A DNA stretch of 64,000 nucleotides from a virus (IMGVR_UViG_2894625894_000003:1-64000); one strand, 5' to 3'; positions 1-9,834 are shown, numbered from the stretch's first letter. The notes: generated by a model from the letters alone, not told the origin. Made by a program: numbers and translations.

Positions 1-231
1 ATGCTAACCAAATTAGGTGTCCATGAACTCATGGATCGAGCATCCATTGTCAGTCATACATTTGATGGTTTCATCCTAGATCACAGGGAAACCAAGTCAT
101 TACCTTTCGAAGTCTTGGAAACTGTAAGACAAGCCAGTGATCTACTGGGAGAGCTTTATATTCAGTTGGGAAACATCAAAATAGGTACCGACCCCAATTC
201 GGACCTCATTTTTGAACCAGACGATGAGTAA
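1..231 (+). CDS. hypothetical protein (may be 5'-truncated)
   Basis: ORF at window edge, overlapping the next ATG. Confidence 0.55.
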   Translation: MLTKLGVHELMDRASIVSHTFDGFILDHRETKSLPFEVLETVRQASDLLGELYIQLGNIKIGTDPNSDLIFEPDDE

Positions 232-403
232 GGAACTACTGGCTCCAGTTACCGAACAGTATGGGGATATAACCGTCACTAGTATCCCTGTACCAGATCC
301 TGGTCCACCACCTCCACCCGGACCCACCATATCCTTTGCCGGAATCCTGATATTGGATTTATCCGGGGAAACTGAATCCATCTTTATACCCGCTGTACTA
401 TGA
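224..403 (+). CDS. small Pro-rich hypothetical protein
   Basis: ATG at 224 overlaps the upstream ORF end; stop overlaps the next ATG (ATGA). Confidence 0.5.
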   Translation: MSKELLAPVTEQYGDITVTSIPVPDPGPPPPPGPTISFAGILILDLSGETESIFIPAVL

Positions 404-576
404 AAAGTCATAATTGGTTATTGTGGCTCCCTATTATCGGACCCTATTTTATCATCCTGGCCACCAAGTGGTTCAAGATTCCGACCAGCTGTTTTGTAGG
501 ACCAATCTGGCATTTCTACCAGTTAGTCTGTTGTCTGGTTGTCGTCATGTTTGGTATCCTACTTTTCATAGCCTAA
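400..576 (+). CDS. 58-aa membrane protein, absent from the ORF track (MKSHNWLLWLPIIGP...FGILLFIA)
   Basis: Manual translation; ATGA overlap with the upstream stop; two hydrophobic segments; ends 4 nt before the next ATG. Confidence 0.65.
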   Translation: MKSHNWLLWLPIIGPYFIILATKWFKIPTSCFVGPIWHFYQLVCCLVVVMFGILLFIA

Positions 577-580
577 AACC

Positions 581-1267
581 ATGGGAGATTTACAGTCAGA
601 AGAAAACCCACTGGGTAAGGGATTGTACTGGCTAATGGATCATCCAGAAGAATGGGAACATTTGCCCCGTGATAAGAAAGGACCTAGGACACCGCCAATG
701 GTTTGTAGTATTGAGCTGTATAAAAAACTCAAAGAATTATTTAAGAAAGAGTTTGAAAAACAGGGTCCAGCTATTATTGGAAATGACCATTCAGTTGGCA
801 AGTTACCCAATCTTCAGCCAGACTTGGATCTATTAGATCTGATGTGGAATATGGACCCTCCAACAGCTAATACGAAGAACACCTTCGGTATGAAGAACAT
901 AGGGGGCACACTGGGAGAACCTTTTGTACCCTCTTCAATAGAACCGGGTATGGATGACTGGATGTACATGTTCAACCGGTTACCGAGGATTGAATCCAAA
1001 CCCCTTTTCATACCGGCTCCCCATTACATACCCAGGCAGCAGGAATGGCCTCTTGAAGATTACATGTACAGGCCAATTGGTTATAATCTGGGTGAATCAT
1101 ACCATAACAAAAAACAGGAAAAACCCTACAAACCCCCGGGATCGACTCGGGAAATGGTTCCTGGGCCGGAAGGTAAAGCCTGGTACCTCAGCCAGTCTAG
1201 CCAGCAAAAGAAAGACCGGAAGAAAGCCCGGAAATCTCAAAAATTAGCCCGGAAAAGAAACCGATGA
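581..1267 (+). CDS. hypothetical protein with Lys/Arg-rich C-terminal tail
   Basis: 228-aa ORF in a tightly packed operon. Confidence 0.75.
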   Translation: MGDLQSEENPLGKGLYWLMDHPEEWEHLPRDKKGPRTPPMVCSIELYKKLKELFKKEFEKQGPAIIGNDHSVGKLPNLQPDLDLLDLMWNMDPPTANTKNTFGMKNIGGTLGEPFVPSSIEPGMDDWMYMFNRLPRIESKPLFIPAPHYIPRQQEWPLEDYMYRPIGYNLGESYHNKKQEKPYKPPGSTREMVPGPEGKAWYLSQSSQQKKDRKKARKSQKLARKRNR

Positions 1268-1473
1268 ATTTTTCCCCATCTACAAAAAGTATGTTAGCAG
1301 CACACATGTTAGCTGCCACCACCAGTATAGCATTAAATGAATCAGTCCAATCTTCACGGCCTGGGACAGGAGGTGGTTATTCTGGAAGTTCCTCAAAGCG
1401 ACGGGACATTCAATTACGGAAACGTCGGATAAATAAACAGAATAGAAAGGCAAACCGAAAAAACCGATGCTGA
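1264..1473 (+). CDS. small basic protein
   Basis: ATGA coupling; K/R-rich tail. Confidence 0.6.
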   Translation: MNFSPSTKSMLAAHMLAATTSIALNESVQSSRPGTGGGYSGSSSKRRDIQLRKRRINKQNRKANRKNRC

Positions 1474-1730
1474 ATCCTGAACAATATGAGCAGTTAAGTG
1501 GCCTGATTGCCAAGACCAAAGAAACAGCTACCGAGGTACGTACATTATACCTCAATCAAACAGAGGAACAAAGTACTTACCGGTCCAATTCAACCGAGTA
1601 TAACCAGACAAGGGACATCGCTCTCACCCTTGCCGATGCCTGGGTAGAATTGACCGACGCTGCTACGGCTTTAGAGGCCCTTCGACTTCGTTTGACTAAG
1701 CAACCAGCTGAGCCGGTCACAATCATCTAA
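1467..1730 (+). CDS. hypothetical helical protein
   Basis: ORF packing. Confidence 0.7.
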   Translation: MLNPEQYEQLSGLIAKTKETATEVRTLYLNQTEEQSTYRSNSTEYNQTRDIALTLADAWVELTDAATALEALRLRLTKQPAEPVTII

Positions 1731-1734
1731 TACT

Positions 1735-2193
1735 ATGATTAAAGATGGAGCCCACATACCAAGTATACCGGCGAAACCTGTAAGAGATTTAACGAAGGAT
1801 AAGATTAGTCGGTTGGTTGAAGAAATGTTTACTCTACCCTTTAGCGGCCGTCAAAACGGTTTTATGTTTATGGAAAACCCTCAAAAAACATACCTACCTC
1901 CGACTACTCTGGAGGAATTACAACAAACCGAATGGTATCGTACCCGACCATCCATAATTCAGGAGGCTATTGATTATCTACCTCCTCTGTATGTGTATAG
2001 ATTCAAAAACAGTGGGAAGCAGTGTGTCATTGTTTCTTATGGAGAACCAGAAGAGGAAGGCGGGCCTGTAACTGTTACTGTGCAGAAAACAGGTGAAGGG
2101 GGCTCCATGGCAGAACTTGGCTTGGGAATATTGGACCAACATCAGGTATTTGGGGTAAGTCTGGATGACCTAGAACGTGTTGAATCCAAATGA
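1735..2193 (+). CDS. hypothetical protein
   Basis: ORF packing. Confidence 0.75.
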   Translation: MIKDGAHIPSIPAKPVRDLTKDKISRLVEEMFTLPFSGRQNGFMFMENPQKTYLPPTTLEELQQTEWYRTRPSIIQEAIDYLPPLYVYRFKNSGKQCVIVSYGEPEEEGGPVTVTVQKTGEGGSMAELGLGILDQHQVFGVSLDDLERVESK

Positions 2194-2231
2194 ACTCAGG
2201 TAATTGGCCCCTCCCTGCCTGAAGATTATCA

Positions 2232-2597
2232 ATGAAAACCTATGCTGAGTCCCAAGGCCAGAAACCATTCGATTGGTGGAAAGCCTTAAAAACCCCAATG
2301 GATCTAATACCCATGTGGAAAACACTTTGGGATTTATCATCTGATTGGGTTACGGATGCTTGTGGTTATCAATCTAACCTTATAACCAGAGATGTTGAGG
2401 GGCGGCCAAAGGATCCTGAATTGGAAATTCTTGGATTTGATTTCTCACGGGCTGTTGGTGAAGCGTTCCAGGCTGCCACTAACCACCATCAGACAAAGTT
2501 TGGTATAGCTGTCCAACAAGCTCAAGCCTATTTACATGAAATTGAAAAGCGGGCCGAATTTTTATTGAACCAATTAGACCATCCAACACATGATTAG
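2232..2597 (+). CDS. hypothetical protein, tandem paralog 1 of 3
   Basis: Shares WxxxAxG, GxPxDxxLxxLG and IExR motifs with the next two ORFs. Confidence 0.8.
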   Translation: MKTYAESQGQKPFDWWKALKTPMDLIPMWKTLWDLSSDWVTDACGYQSNLITRDVEGRPKDPELEILGFDFSRAVGEAFQAATNHHQTKFGIAVQQAQAYLHEIEKRAEFLLNQLDHPTHD

Positions 2598-2949
2598 TTT
2601 CACGGAATCAGCCTTGGGTATTGACCCTGTAGATTGGCCTGCCAAACTGGAAACACCCCTCTCGGAACAGGATGACTGGTCAGAAATTACATGCCTGGCT
2701 GCTAACTGGTTTTATTGTGCCGTCGGTTCGATGGACTACCGAATTCCTCGTGGATATTATGGCCGAGGAGTACCGGATGATAAACAACTACGGGAGCTGG
2801 GTCAACACTTTACCAATGCCTGCTTTGACGCCTACACGGAAATTGTTCGAAACCGGCCTGACTATTTTGCTGATAAAGTAAACCAGGCCAAACAGATCCT
2901 GACAAATATTCAAATCCGTTCACAAAAAATCCTCAAGGACGCCGAATGA
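2590..2949 (+). CDS. hypothetical protein, tandem paralog 2 of 3
   Basis: WFYCAVG...GVPDDKQLRELG...IQIRSQKIL. Confidence 0.8.
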   Translation: MISFTESALGIDPVDWPAKLETPLSEQDDWSEITCLAANWFYCAVGSMDYRIPRGYYGRGVPDDKQLRELGQHFTNACFDAYTEIVRNRPDYFADKVNQAKQILTNIQIRSQKILKDAE

Positions 2950-3557
2950 TGACCTACTGTGAATCTAATGGCCAAGAACCATTCAACTGGTGGAAAGCCC
3001 TCAATGAAACCCCTTTAGATAACAACTATCAATGGACCGTACTTCACGAAAAAGCCGGGAAATGGATAACCTGTGCCTGCGGAAATCAGTGTTCCAGTCT
3101 ACCCAGAGCAGCTCATGGAGTTCCCCTTGACAATGTGTTAGCCAGTCTGGGTGTTACCTTTTCCGTCCTGGTCTACAAGATCAAGTGTCGAACCAATACC
3201 CAGACTTGGAAATCGGAAAGCCCCAAATTATTAGCACGGGCCAAAGAGGTACTCCAGATGATTGAGCACCGCTCCGATTATCTACTGAACCGGGATGGTA
3301 AACCTATATGGTATGCCATTCGTAACGAAAAGTCAGGTCAACATATCCAGGAGGGCTGGAATTTTCAGGACATGCACAAACTATATCATACCGCCCTGGA
3401 TGGTATGGAAAAACGGTGGAACCCTGATTCGAGTACGATGCCCGACTATGCCAGCAAACGGTTTTGTGATGCCCTGATGCTGCTCGACTGGACCCTGGAA
3501 TTCTCGGAGACCCCATTTACCCAATTACCGACAGACCTACCACCTATAAACTGGTAA
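2946..3557 (+). CDS. hypothetical protein, tandem paralog 3 of 3 with C-terminal extension
   Basis: WITCACG...GVPLDNVLASLG...IEHRSDYLL plus about 85 extra aa. Confidence 0.8.
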   Translation: MMTYCESNGQEPFNWWKALNETPLDNNYQWTVLHEKAGKWITCACGNQCSSLPRAAHGVPLDNVLASLGVTFSVLVYKIKCRTNTQTWKSESPKLLARAKEVLQMIEHRSDYLLNRDGKPIWYAIRNEKSGQHIQEGWNFQDMHKLYHTALDGMEKRWNPDSSTMPDYASKRFCDALMLLDWTLEFSETPFTQLPTDLPPINW

Positions 3558-3591
3558 ATATTCGGAAAACTAGAATTTTTTCTTAAAACCG

Positions 3592-3622
3592 TTTGAACTA
3601 CCAACAAACCGGTATACCTTTA
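3592..3622 (+). promoter_or_regulatory. Bacteroidota sigma-70-like promoter (-33/-7)
   Basis: TTTG-N19-TACCTTTA in an AT-rich intergenic gap. Confidence 0.6.
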
Positions 3623-3644
3623 TATCCACAAAACAGTACACGAA

Positions 3645-4064
3645 ATGATCGACCTGGTCGTAGAACCCACGGATACCATGACCACTTTAAAAGAAAAATT
3701 GGGGCGATTCCTGGGAAAAAGCTACCTCTTCAAATCCAATGACAAGCTAGAACCCTTCTCGTACGTAGAATTCGATGTGATGCCCTCCTCCAACTGGGAC
3801 CGACTAAAGCGATGGATACAGGATAGGCTGGGAGCTCCTCAGCAGCAACAACCGACTTCCGAGCTCGTTCAGATTTTCGGTAAAGAAAACCAGTCCATCC
3901 GGCATTCCCTTCGTTCGTACCTACATAAGGATATGGTGGTTTTCACCCGCCACGTAGACGGTCGTTGTTTTATTCGGGTAGGTAGTATCCTGGACAACCG
4001 GTTCTATGGGGTTCAGACCATCCGGTATGACCAAGTTGTTGACCCATTCCCCGTGTTACTGTAG
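3645..4064 (+). CDS. hypothetical protein
   Basis: ORF downstream of the promoter. Confidence 0.7.
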   Translation: MIDLVVEPTDTMTTLKEKLGRFLGKSYLFKSNDKLEPFSYVEFDVMPSSNWDRLKRWIQDRLGAPQQQQPTSELVQIFGKENQSIRHSLRSYLHKDMVVFTRHVDGRCFIRVGSILDNRFYGVQTIRYDQVVDPFPVLL

Positions 4065-4074
4065 GCTCCCCTAC

Positions 4075-4320
4075 ATGAAACACATCTTTATGCTTGTCCT
4101 GGATCCTAGGACAACCCTCCTCTTCAAAAACCCGGATAACGAGTCTGGAACCATCAATTGCCGATTGGCAGGTCCCGAAGGAACACCTCACTGGCAAAGT
4201 TGTCTCTGGCAAATACAACCCCGAAAGGTTGGTTTGGCTGAGTTCACACTGACTCATACTCAGTATCGCCGGGTTGTTACCACCCTTTCGAGTACCACTC
4301 CTTCGGCCCAAGTCGGGTAA
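4075..4320 (+). CDS. hypothetical protein
   Basis: ATG 10 nt after the upstream stop. Confidence 0.55.
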   Translation: MKHIFMLVLDPRTTLLFKNPDNESGTINCRLAGPEGTPHWQSCLWQIQPRKVGLAEFTLTHTQYRRVVTTLSSTTPSAQVG

Positions 4321-4323
4321 TCC

Positions 4324-4569
4324 ATGTTTCATATCCCCTATGCTGGTGACTACCAGAAAGTAAAGAATCAGTTTGGGGGCTTCGCCTTCTTTCACAGCAA
4401 ATTATGTCTGGTAAAACCCGTTCGAGGTACCTATAAAGGGGTTATACAGGCCTGGATGGACCAGCGCCAGATCCCCTACGAATGGAGACCCTTAGTACCC
4501 AAATCAACCAACTCTCGAACCTTACGCCAACGGGCCTCTCGGCTTTTTATCCGATTTACCCATGTTTAA
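4324..4569 (+). CDS. hypothetical protein
   Basis: ORF packing. Confidence 0.6.
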   Translation: MFHIPYAGDYQKVKNQFGGFAFFHSKLCLVKPVRGTYKGVIQAWMDQRQIPYEWRPLVPKSTNSRTLRQRASRLFIRFTHV

Positions 4570-4954
4570 GGTAAAACTCGTAATCAATCAGAACATGCTT
4601 AAATTCAAGCTAACAGTCAATCTGAGGTGGGTAGCTGTCTTTCTGTTTGTGCTATTGGCAGGCTCCCTGTTACTGGCTATGATTAGTGCATTAATCAGCT
4701 GCCAGCCCGCCCAGGAAGACCTGCAGCAGTATCGGATTACGGTAACGTTCACGGATGGGACTCCCCAAACAACCACAACCGTTACTGCCAAGTCCTACAC
4801 TGATCCCACTGAAATCTATATGATTGGTGGAGTGCCCACGGCCTTCTATGAAGGGGTCGAATTCCGGTTCGTCAAAAAGGTCTATTTACTGGACCGACGG
4901 GACCGTCGTATAGACAGTACCGTGAGTATGTCGTATGACAATCAAATACATTAG
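4562..4954 (+). CDS. membrane-anchored protein, possible lipoprotein
   Basis: Hydrophobic helix followed by lipobox-like LISC. Confidence 0.6.
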   Translation: MFKVKLVINQNMLKFKLTVNLRWVAVFLFVLLAGSLLLAMISALISCQPAQEDLQQYRITVTFTDGTPQTTTTVTAKSYTDPTEIYMIGGVPTAFYEGVEFRFVKKVYLLDRRDRRIDSTVSMSYDNQIH

Positions 4955-6902
4955 TGGACAAACTGAATTAAACCGGGTTTGTCACAGTTTATCGGTTCTT
5001 GACGAGCTGGCAGGGGCTACCAAATTAGGGATGGACTTTGAAGCGGATGGGTTGGACCCCTACACGCTCCATCCGATTTTGCTGGGTATAACGGATGGCA
5101 CCACCAAATACGTCATTAACCTGCTGACCTTTGAGCCCAGTCACATTCGCCAAGCCATTAATAAGCTGTCCTCAAAGGTGCTCTGGATTGCCCACAACAT
5201 GAAATACGACTGGAAGCTCTTTAAAGTCCAGTATGGTGTTACCATGGAACGGGTCTGGTGTACCCAGGTGGCCAGCCAGGTACTTTACAACGGGATGGAT
5301 GCACTTCGGCATAGCCTGGATTCGGTACTGGAGCGCCACTTCCGAGTAAAACTGGATAAGACTGCCCGGAATACCTTCATCAACCGGGATCTATCCGAAC
5401 CAATCACCGATGGAGAGATTAACTACCTCTGTGGAGACTTGGGGTATTTGATTCCGTTGTATGAATTGCAGTACCGGAAAGGACACGAATTACAAATGCC
5501 TGCCTGTCTGGATCTGGAGATGGAGTTTCTGCCCATTCTGGCTCAGATGGAACTGGAAGGTATCCGATTGGATGTCGATGCCTGGAAACAGAATACGCGA
5601 AACAATGCCCGTAAGGCTGAAGCAGTCCACAAAAAGATTCTGGTTGAAGTGGGTAAGCTGGGTGAGTTATTCCCCCGGGCCTTAACCTCGGAAATCAAAA
5701 AAGCCAAAAAGCCAAAGCAGGTTGAGGATCACCCGTTTGCTCCCATTTCAGCCCAGCCCGCGGCAAAGGCTGTTTCGACGCAGCTTGGCCTGTTCGATGA
5801 TGCCCAGGTGGTTTCCAAGAAGAAGGTGGCCGAGCGGTTCAACGTAGGCTCAACCGTTCAGATTCAGGCTCTCTTTGAACGGTGTGGTGTTAATCTGGAT
5901 TCGACGGGTGAAGAGGTACTTCAGCAATATGTACTCAACAATCCGGCCTCACCGCTGGCCAAGTTCATTGAGTTATTGTTGGAATATCGCGGATTGATCA
6001 AACTGGTGGGTACATATGGCGACAAATTTCTGGAGGTGATCAACCCCGTCACGGGTCGAATTCACACCGATTTCAGTCAGGCCTTTACCGACACGGGGCG
6101 ATTGAGTTCCAGGTCCCCCAATCTCCAGAATCTACCCGCTACCGAGGAAATTAGATCCTGTTTTATTCCTGATTCTGAGGACTATCTGTTTGTGGATGTG
6201 GATATGTCGGGTCAGGAACTCCGCCTGGCAGCCTCCTACTCCCAGGACAAAATGTTACTAGCCAGTTTTACCGAAGGGCTTGATTTGCACAGTTACCTGG
6301 CTCAGGGTAGTTACCGGATTATCACACGAGATCCAACACTTATAGTAAGCAAGGATGTCAACAAGAAGTACCGGGGAAACCACAAGCCGGTTCTCTTTGG
6401 GGTGCTTTACGGAGCGGGTCCAGGTTCGATTGCTGGTACGTTGAACATCGACTTTGATACAGCCAAACTGGTGTACCGGGAGATTCTTCGAAACCTGCCC
6501 CAACTAGCTAAGTTTCAGGAGCGGATGAAAAAGCTGAGCCTTCAGACCAAGACGGTGCGCGATGGTAGTCGGTACAACCGGATCAAGTTCTTCAACCGGT
6601 TTGTCAAAAAAACCATGGAGGATCATCAGATCGAACGTCAGGCCTGCAACTTTCCCATCCAGAGTTCGGGGAGTAGCATGATGAAGGAGGCTGGTATTCG
6701 ACTGGCCAGGTTCTTTAAGGACAACAATCTGGACTGTAAACTGAAACTATCGGTCCATGATGAATACCTGGTCCAGATTCCCAAGTCTCAGCCCGAGCTG
6801 GGTGAGAAGATTAAAACTATCATGGAAGAGGTAGGAAGCAGTTTCCTGCAGGGGGTACGGATGGAATCAGAATTAATGGTGGGTGACCACTGGCTTCACT
6901 AA
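4935..6902 (+). CDS. polA: DNA polymerase family A with 3'-5' exonuclease
   Basis: Exo motifs DFEADG, AHNMKYD, YLCGD; TGRLSSRSPNLQN; motif A DMSGQELR; motif B RGNHKPVLFGVLYG; motif C VHDE. Confidence 0.97.
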   Translation: MTIKYISGQTELNRVCHSLSVLDELAGATKLGMDFEADGLDPYTLHPILLGITDGTTKYVINLLTFEPSHIRQAINKLSSKVLWIAHNMKYDWKLFKVQYGVTMERVWCTQVASQVLYNGMDALRHSLDSVLERHFRVKLDKTARNTFINRDLSEPITDGEINYLCGDLGYLIPLYELQYRKGHELQMPACLDLEMEFLPILAQMELEGIRLDVDAWKQNTRNNARKAEAVHKKILVEVGKLGELFPRALTSEIKKAKKPKQVEDHPFAPISAQPAAKAVSTQLGLFDDAQVVSKKKVAERFNVGSTVQIQALFERCGVNLDSTGEEVLQQYVLNNPASPLAKFIELLLEYRGLIKLVGTYGDKFLEVINPVTGRIHTDFSQAFTDTGRLSSRSPNLQNLPATEEIRSCFIPDSEDYLFVDVDMSGQELRLAASYSQDKMLLASFTEGLDLHSYLAQGSYRIITRDPTLIVSKDVNKKYRGNHKPVLFGVLYGAGPGSIAGTLNIDFDTAKLVYREILRNLPQLAKFQERMKKLSLQTKTVRDGSRYNRIKFFNRFVKKTMEDHQIERQACNFPIQSSGSSMMKEAGIRLARFFKDNNLDCKLKLSVHDEYLVQIPKSQPELGEKIKTIMEEVGSSFLQGVRMESELMVGDHWLH

Positions 6903-7135
6903 TGTCTTTATTATCACCACATACTCGTGTACTAAGGGGCCGTATCGAAGGCCTGCAGCTTAACCAGGGCATTTTAGTCCGTAAACAGGATTTGGGACCC
7001 GATTACCAAAACAAAGTACGGGCCGTCTGTGAAACCCGGGTTCAACGGATTATCAAGGATTTCCCGGCAATGGCTGAGCGGAAATTCCAGACCTGCCCCC
7101 ACGGCAATGGGATCTGGTTAAAACGAGTTCAATAA
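6902..7135 (+). CDS. hypothetical protein
   Basis: TAATG coupling to polA. Confidence 0.65.
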   Translation: MSLLSPHTRVLRGRIEGLQLNQGILVRKQDLGPDYQNKVRAVCETRVQRIIKDFPAMAERKFQTCPHGNGIWLKRVQ

Positions 7136-7144
7136 TTCCTGCCT

Positions 7145-7375
7145 ATGAAAAAGTACCTGTTTATCCTGATCTGTTTTTTGATTACCGCCTGTGATTCAGG
7201 AAAGATCGATGCTCCTTCTACCTACGAAAAAGACCGGAATGGTGCGGTGTACAAAGTAAAAGAAATTGACAGGTGTGAATACATCGAGGTACAGTTCGGA
7301 TCTTTTGAGGACCGCGTATACAGCCTTACCCATAAGGGTAATTGTAAAAACCCGATTCATCGGATGCACCAGTAG
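7145..7375 (+). CDS. putative lipoprotein
   Basis: MKKYLFILICFLITAC: basic N-terminus, hydrophobic core, lipobox Cys. Confidence 0.75.
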   Translation: MKKYLFILICFLITACDSGKIDAPSTYEKDRNGAVYKVKEIDRCEYIEVQFGSFEDRVYSLTHKGNCKNPIHRMHQ

Positions 7376-7377
7376 AG

Positions 7378-8321
7378 ATGCCACGGATTTGTTATCAGGA
7401 TATGACCTTTCAACCCTGGAAGATGGAGTTGATTACAAGGTCAATCAGGTTGTCAACAGTTATAAGGCCCAGGGGTATTCGCTCACCCTTCGTCAGGTTT
7501 ACTACCAGTTTGTGGCCCGGGATTGGTTACCCGAGCGGTGGGCCGATCCTAAGACGGGTTCGGTCAATAACCAACGTAGCTACAAAAACCTGGGAGAACT
7601 GATTAATACAGGTCGAATAGCTGGTCTCATTGACTGGACGGCTATTGAGGACCGAACCCGGGAGCTGACACATAATCCGCACTGGACCACTCCAGGTACC
7701 ATAATTGAATCGGCCGCTTACAGTTATGGGATCGATAAATGGTCCGATCAACCGGTTCGAATCGAGGTATGGGTTGAAAAGGATGCCTTGGAAGGGGTAG
7801 TGGCCAAACCCTGCCGGGAAAATGATGTGGCCTTTTTCTCCTGCCGGGGGTATGCCTCCCAAACGGCCCTCTGGGATGCCGGTCAACGCCTGAGTGAGTA
7901 TGTCGATGAAGACCAGGATGTGATCATCCTCCATCTGGGGGATCACGATCCATCGGGCAAGGATATGACCCGAGACATTGAGGACCGATTACGACTCTTT
8001 ATGGGCGATAATGCGGACCGGCTGGAGGTCAAGCGAATAGCCCTTAACATGGACCAGATCCGGTTGTATAACCCACCCCCAAACCCAGCTAAGATTACCG
8101 ATTCCCGGGCCGCTGGCTACATTGATGAATATGGGGAAGAAAGCTGGGAGCTGGATGCACTGGAGCCTTCAGTGATTAACAATCTGATTGTTAAGCACAT
8201 TGAGGAAGCTCGGGATGAGGACCTCTGGAAAGATGCGGTTATCAAAGAACGTTCGGATAAAGACCTACTGAACGATGCAGCTGCCCGGTGGGGCGAAGTA
8301 GCCTCGTTCCTTCAGGAATAA
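7378..8321 (+). CDS. TopoVI-A/Spo11-like TOPRIM-domain protein, split by a -1 frameshift near 7437
   Basis: TLRQVYYQ, VWVEKDAL, RGYAS, LGDHDPSG and WELDAL in the 7266 frame; the plausible N-terminus MPRICYQD starts at 7378 in another frame. Confidence 0.75.
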
Positions 8322-8334
8322 TCGAGTATACAGC

Positions 8335-8664
8335 ATGAAACAGTTCCTGCTTAGTACCATTAACGATATTCTCAAAGGGGCCAAACCACCCCTGGGTACA
8401 TTGGTTGATATTCACCCCCGTCAGCTGGCCCCTTTATTCGGATTACAGCACTGGGGTAAGATGCAACCCCCTCTTCTTTCGAATGAAGCCGAAATCATCC
8501 GGTATGTCCACAAACAGGCCCTTCTTAAAAACCAGGAGGTTCGAAATATAAAGGTTCACTGGACCAGCATGACTGTCCGCTACCAGTATAAGTCCCTGAA
8601 CCAAACCCAGTGGCGAGGTGAACGGCTAATGATTATCCCATTTCAACCAGAAATAACCGATTAA
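8335..8664 (+). CDS. hypothetical protein
   Basis: ORF packing. Confidence 0.7.
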   Translation: MKQFLLSTINDILKGAKPPLGTLVDIHPRQLAPLFGLQHWGKMQPPLLSNEAEIIRYVHKQALLKNQEVRNIKVHWTSMTVRYQYKSLNQTQWRGERLMIIPFQPEITD

Positions 8665-8676
8665 TCCGTTACGTGT

Positions 8677-9087
8677 ATGTTTACAATTGCTGTTGATTTT
8701 GATGGTACCATTGCCTACCACGACTGGGGTAAAACACCCCAATTTGTTCCGGGTGCCCTGGAGACGCTGACACTGTGGAACCAGCAGCCAAACATCCAAC
8801 TGGTGCTCAATACCATGCGGAGTGGAAAATACCTGGAAGAGGCCATCTGGTTTCTGGAAACCCACGGGATTAAGTTTGTTGGATATAACCAGAATCCAAC
8901 CCAGCAAAAATGGACATCAAGTCCGAAGGTGTACGCCAACCTCTACATTGACGATGCCAGTCTGGGTTGCCCCGTGACTAAACCTGACATCTTTACACCA
9001 GGTGGCCGTCCCTACGTAGACTGGGCAAAAGTTGATCAGTTGGTGTCCGAAATGGTCCTGTTTGTTGAACCCATTCACCAGGATTGA
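8677..9087 (+). CDS. HAD-superfamily phosphatase
   Basis: IAVDFDGTI motif I; TMR; KVYANLYIDD. Confidence 0.9.
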   Translation: MFTIAVDFDGTIAYHDWGKTPQFVPGALETLTLWNQQPNIQLVLNTMRSGKYLEEAIWFLETHGIKFVGYNQNPTQQKWTSSPKVYANLYIDDASLGCPVTKPDIFTPGGRPYVDWAKVDQLVSEMVLFVEPIHQD

Positions 9088-9088
9088 C

Positions 9089-9385
9089 ATGGTAGTCGGT
9101 GATATTTCAACCTGTATCCGGCTGGATACAACCCGGAAACGAGCGATCCTGATGCAGGACGATACCAAAAAACGGATCTCTCTGGGCGATGAATGGTCAA
9201 ACGATATGCGGGTTTCCCTACCCAATGACCAACAGTTACGTATTTACCTGGCGCCCGATTCCTATATCGGAGAAGCCTGGAAAGCCACCATTTTCCCTGT
9301 CGAGGACGGCATTGCCCTGATCTATGCCGGAGAAGACGTACCCGTCGAAGTAATATGGCCAGCACAGAACGATTGGCCGAATTAG
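9089..9385 (+). CDS. hypothetical protein
   Basis: ATG directly after the upstream stop. Confidence 0.55.
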   Translation: MVVGDISTCIRLDTTRKRAILMQDDTKKRISLGDEWSNDMRVSLPNDQQLRIYLAPDSYIGEAWKATIFPVEDGIALIYAGEDVPVEVIWPAQNDWPN

Positions 9386-9834
9386 GCATAGCCACTAGTG
9401 GCGAAGAGTTTGTTAATACCCTAATCAAGGATGCCGGAAAAGCCGGTATATTGAATGTCGGTCAGGTATCAGATGGTTATCATACGTTCGATGAACTCTA
9501 CGAACATCGAAACCTGCTCTGGGTTCTAGCCTGTACCCTGGCTCAACAACAATGGCAGGTTGTTCGGACAGACAAACAACGGATAAACAAGGGCACCGAT
9601 ATGCCTGAACACCTGGTTTGGAAGACTCGGGTTCATGCGGATGGTACCCCTAGTTATCCGGATTGGTTTGTACTGGGTTGGGGCTCACAGGCATCAACCA
9701 TGATCACCTACCACCTGCCAGATAAACTGTGGGATTTCTGCCCCTTTGTCGAGTTGGACCGGGTTCCTATTTTTGATGGACATACCTCAACCGACGTATT
9801 GGACCGAATTACCAATATTTTACAGGATCTATGA
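9355..9834 (+). CDS. WDGH-domain-like phage protein
   Basis: SDGYHTFDELYEHR, ITYHLP, FDGHTSTDV. Confidence 0.8.
   Translation: MASTERLAELGIATSGEEFVNTLIKDAGKAGILNVGQVSDGYHTFDELYEHRNLLWVLACTLAQQQWQVVRTDKQRINKGTDMPEHLVWKTRVHADGTPSYPDWFVLGWGSQASTMITYHLPDKLWDFCPFVELDRVPIFDGHTSTDVLDRITNILQDL

Noticed and set aside
414-635. Track ORFs 414-635 and the 5' part of 32141-32389
   Set aside because: Better-coupled short ORFs in other frames (400-576 and 32119-32253) explain these intervals.
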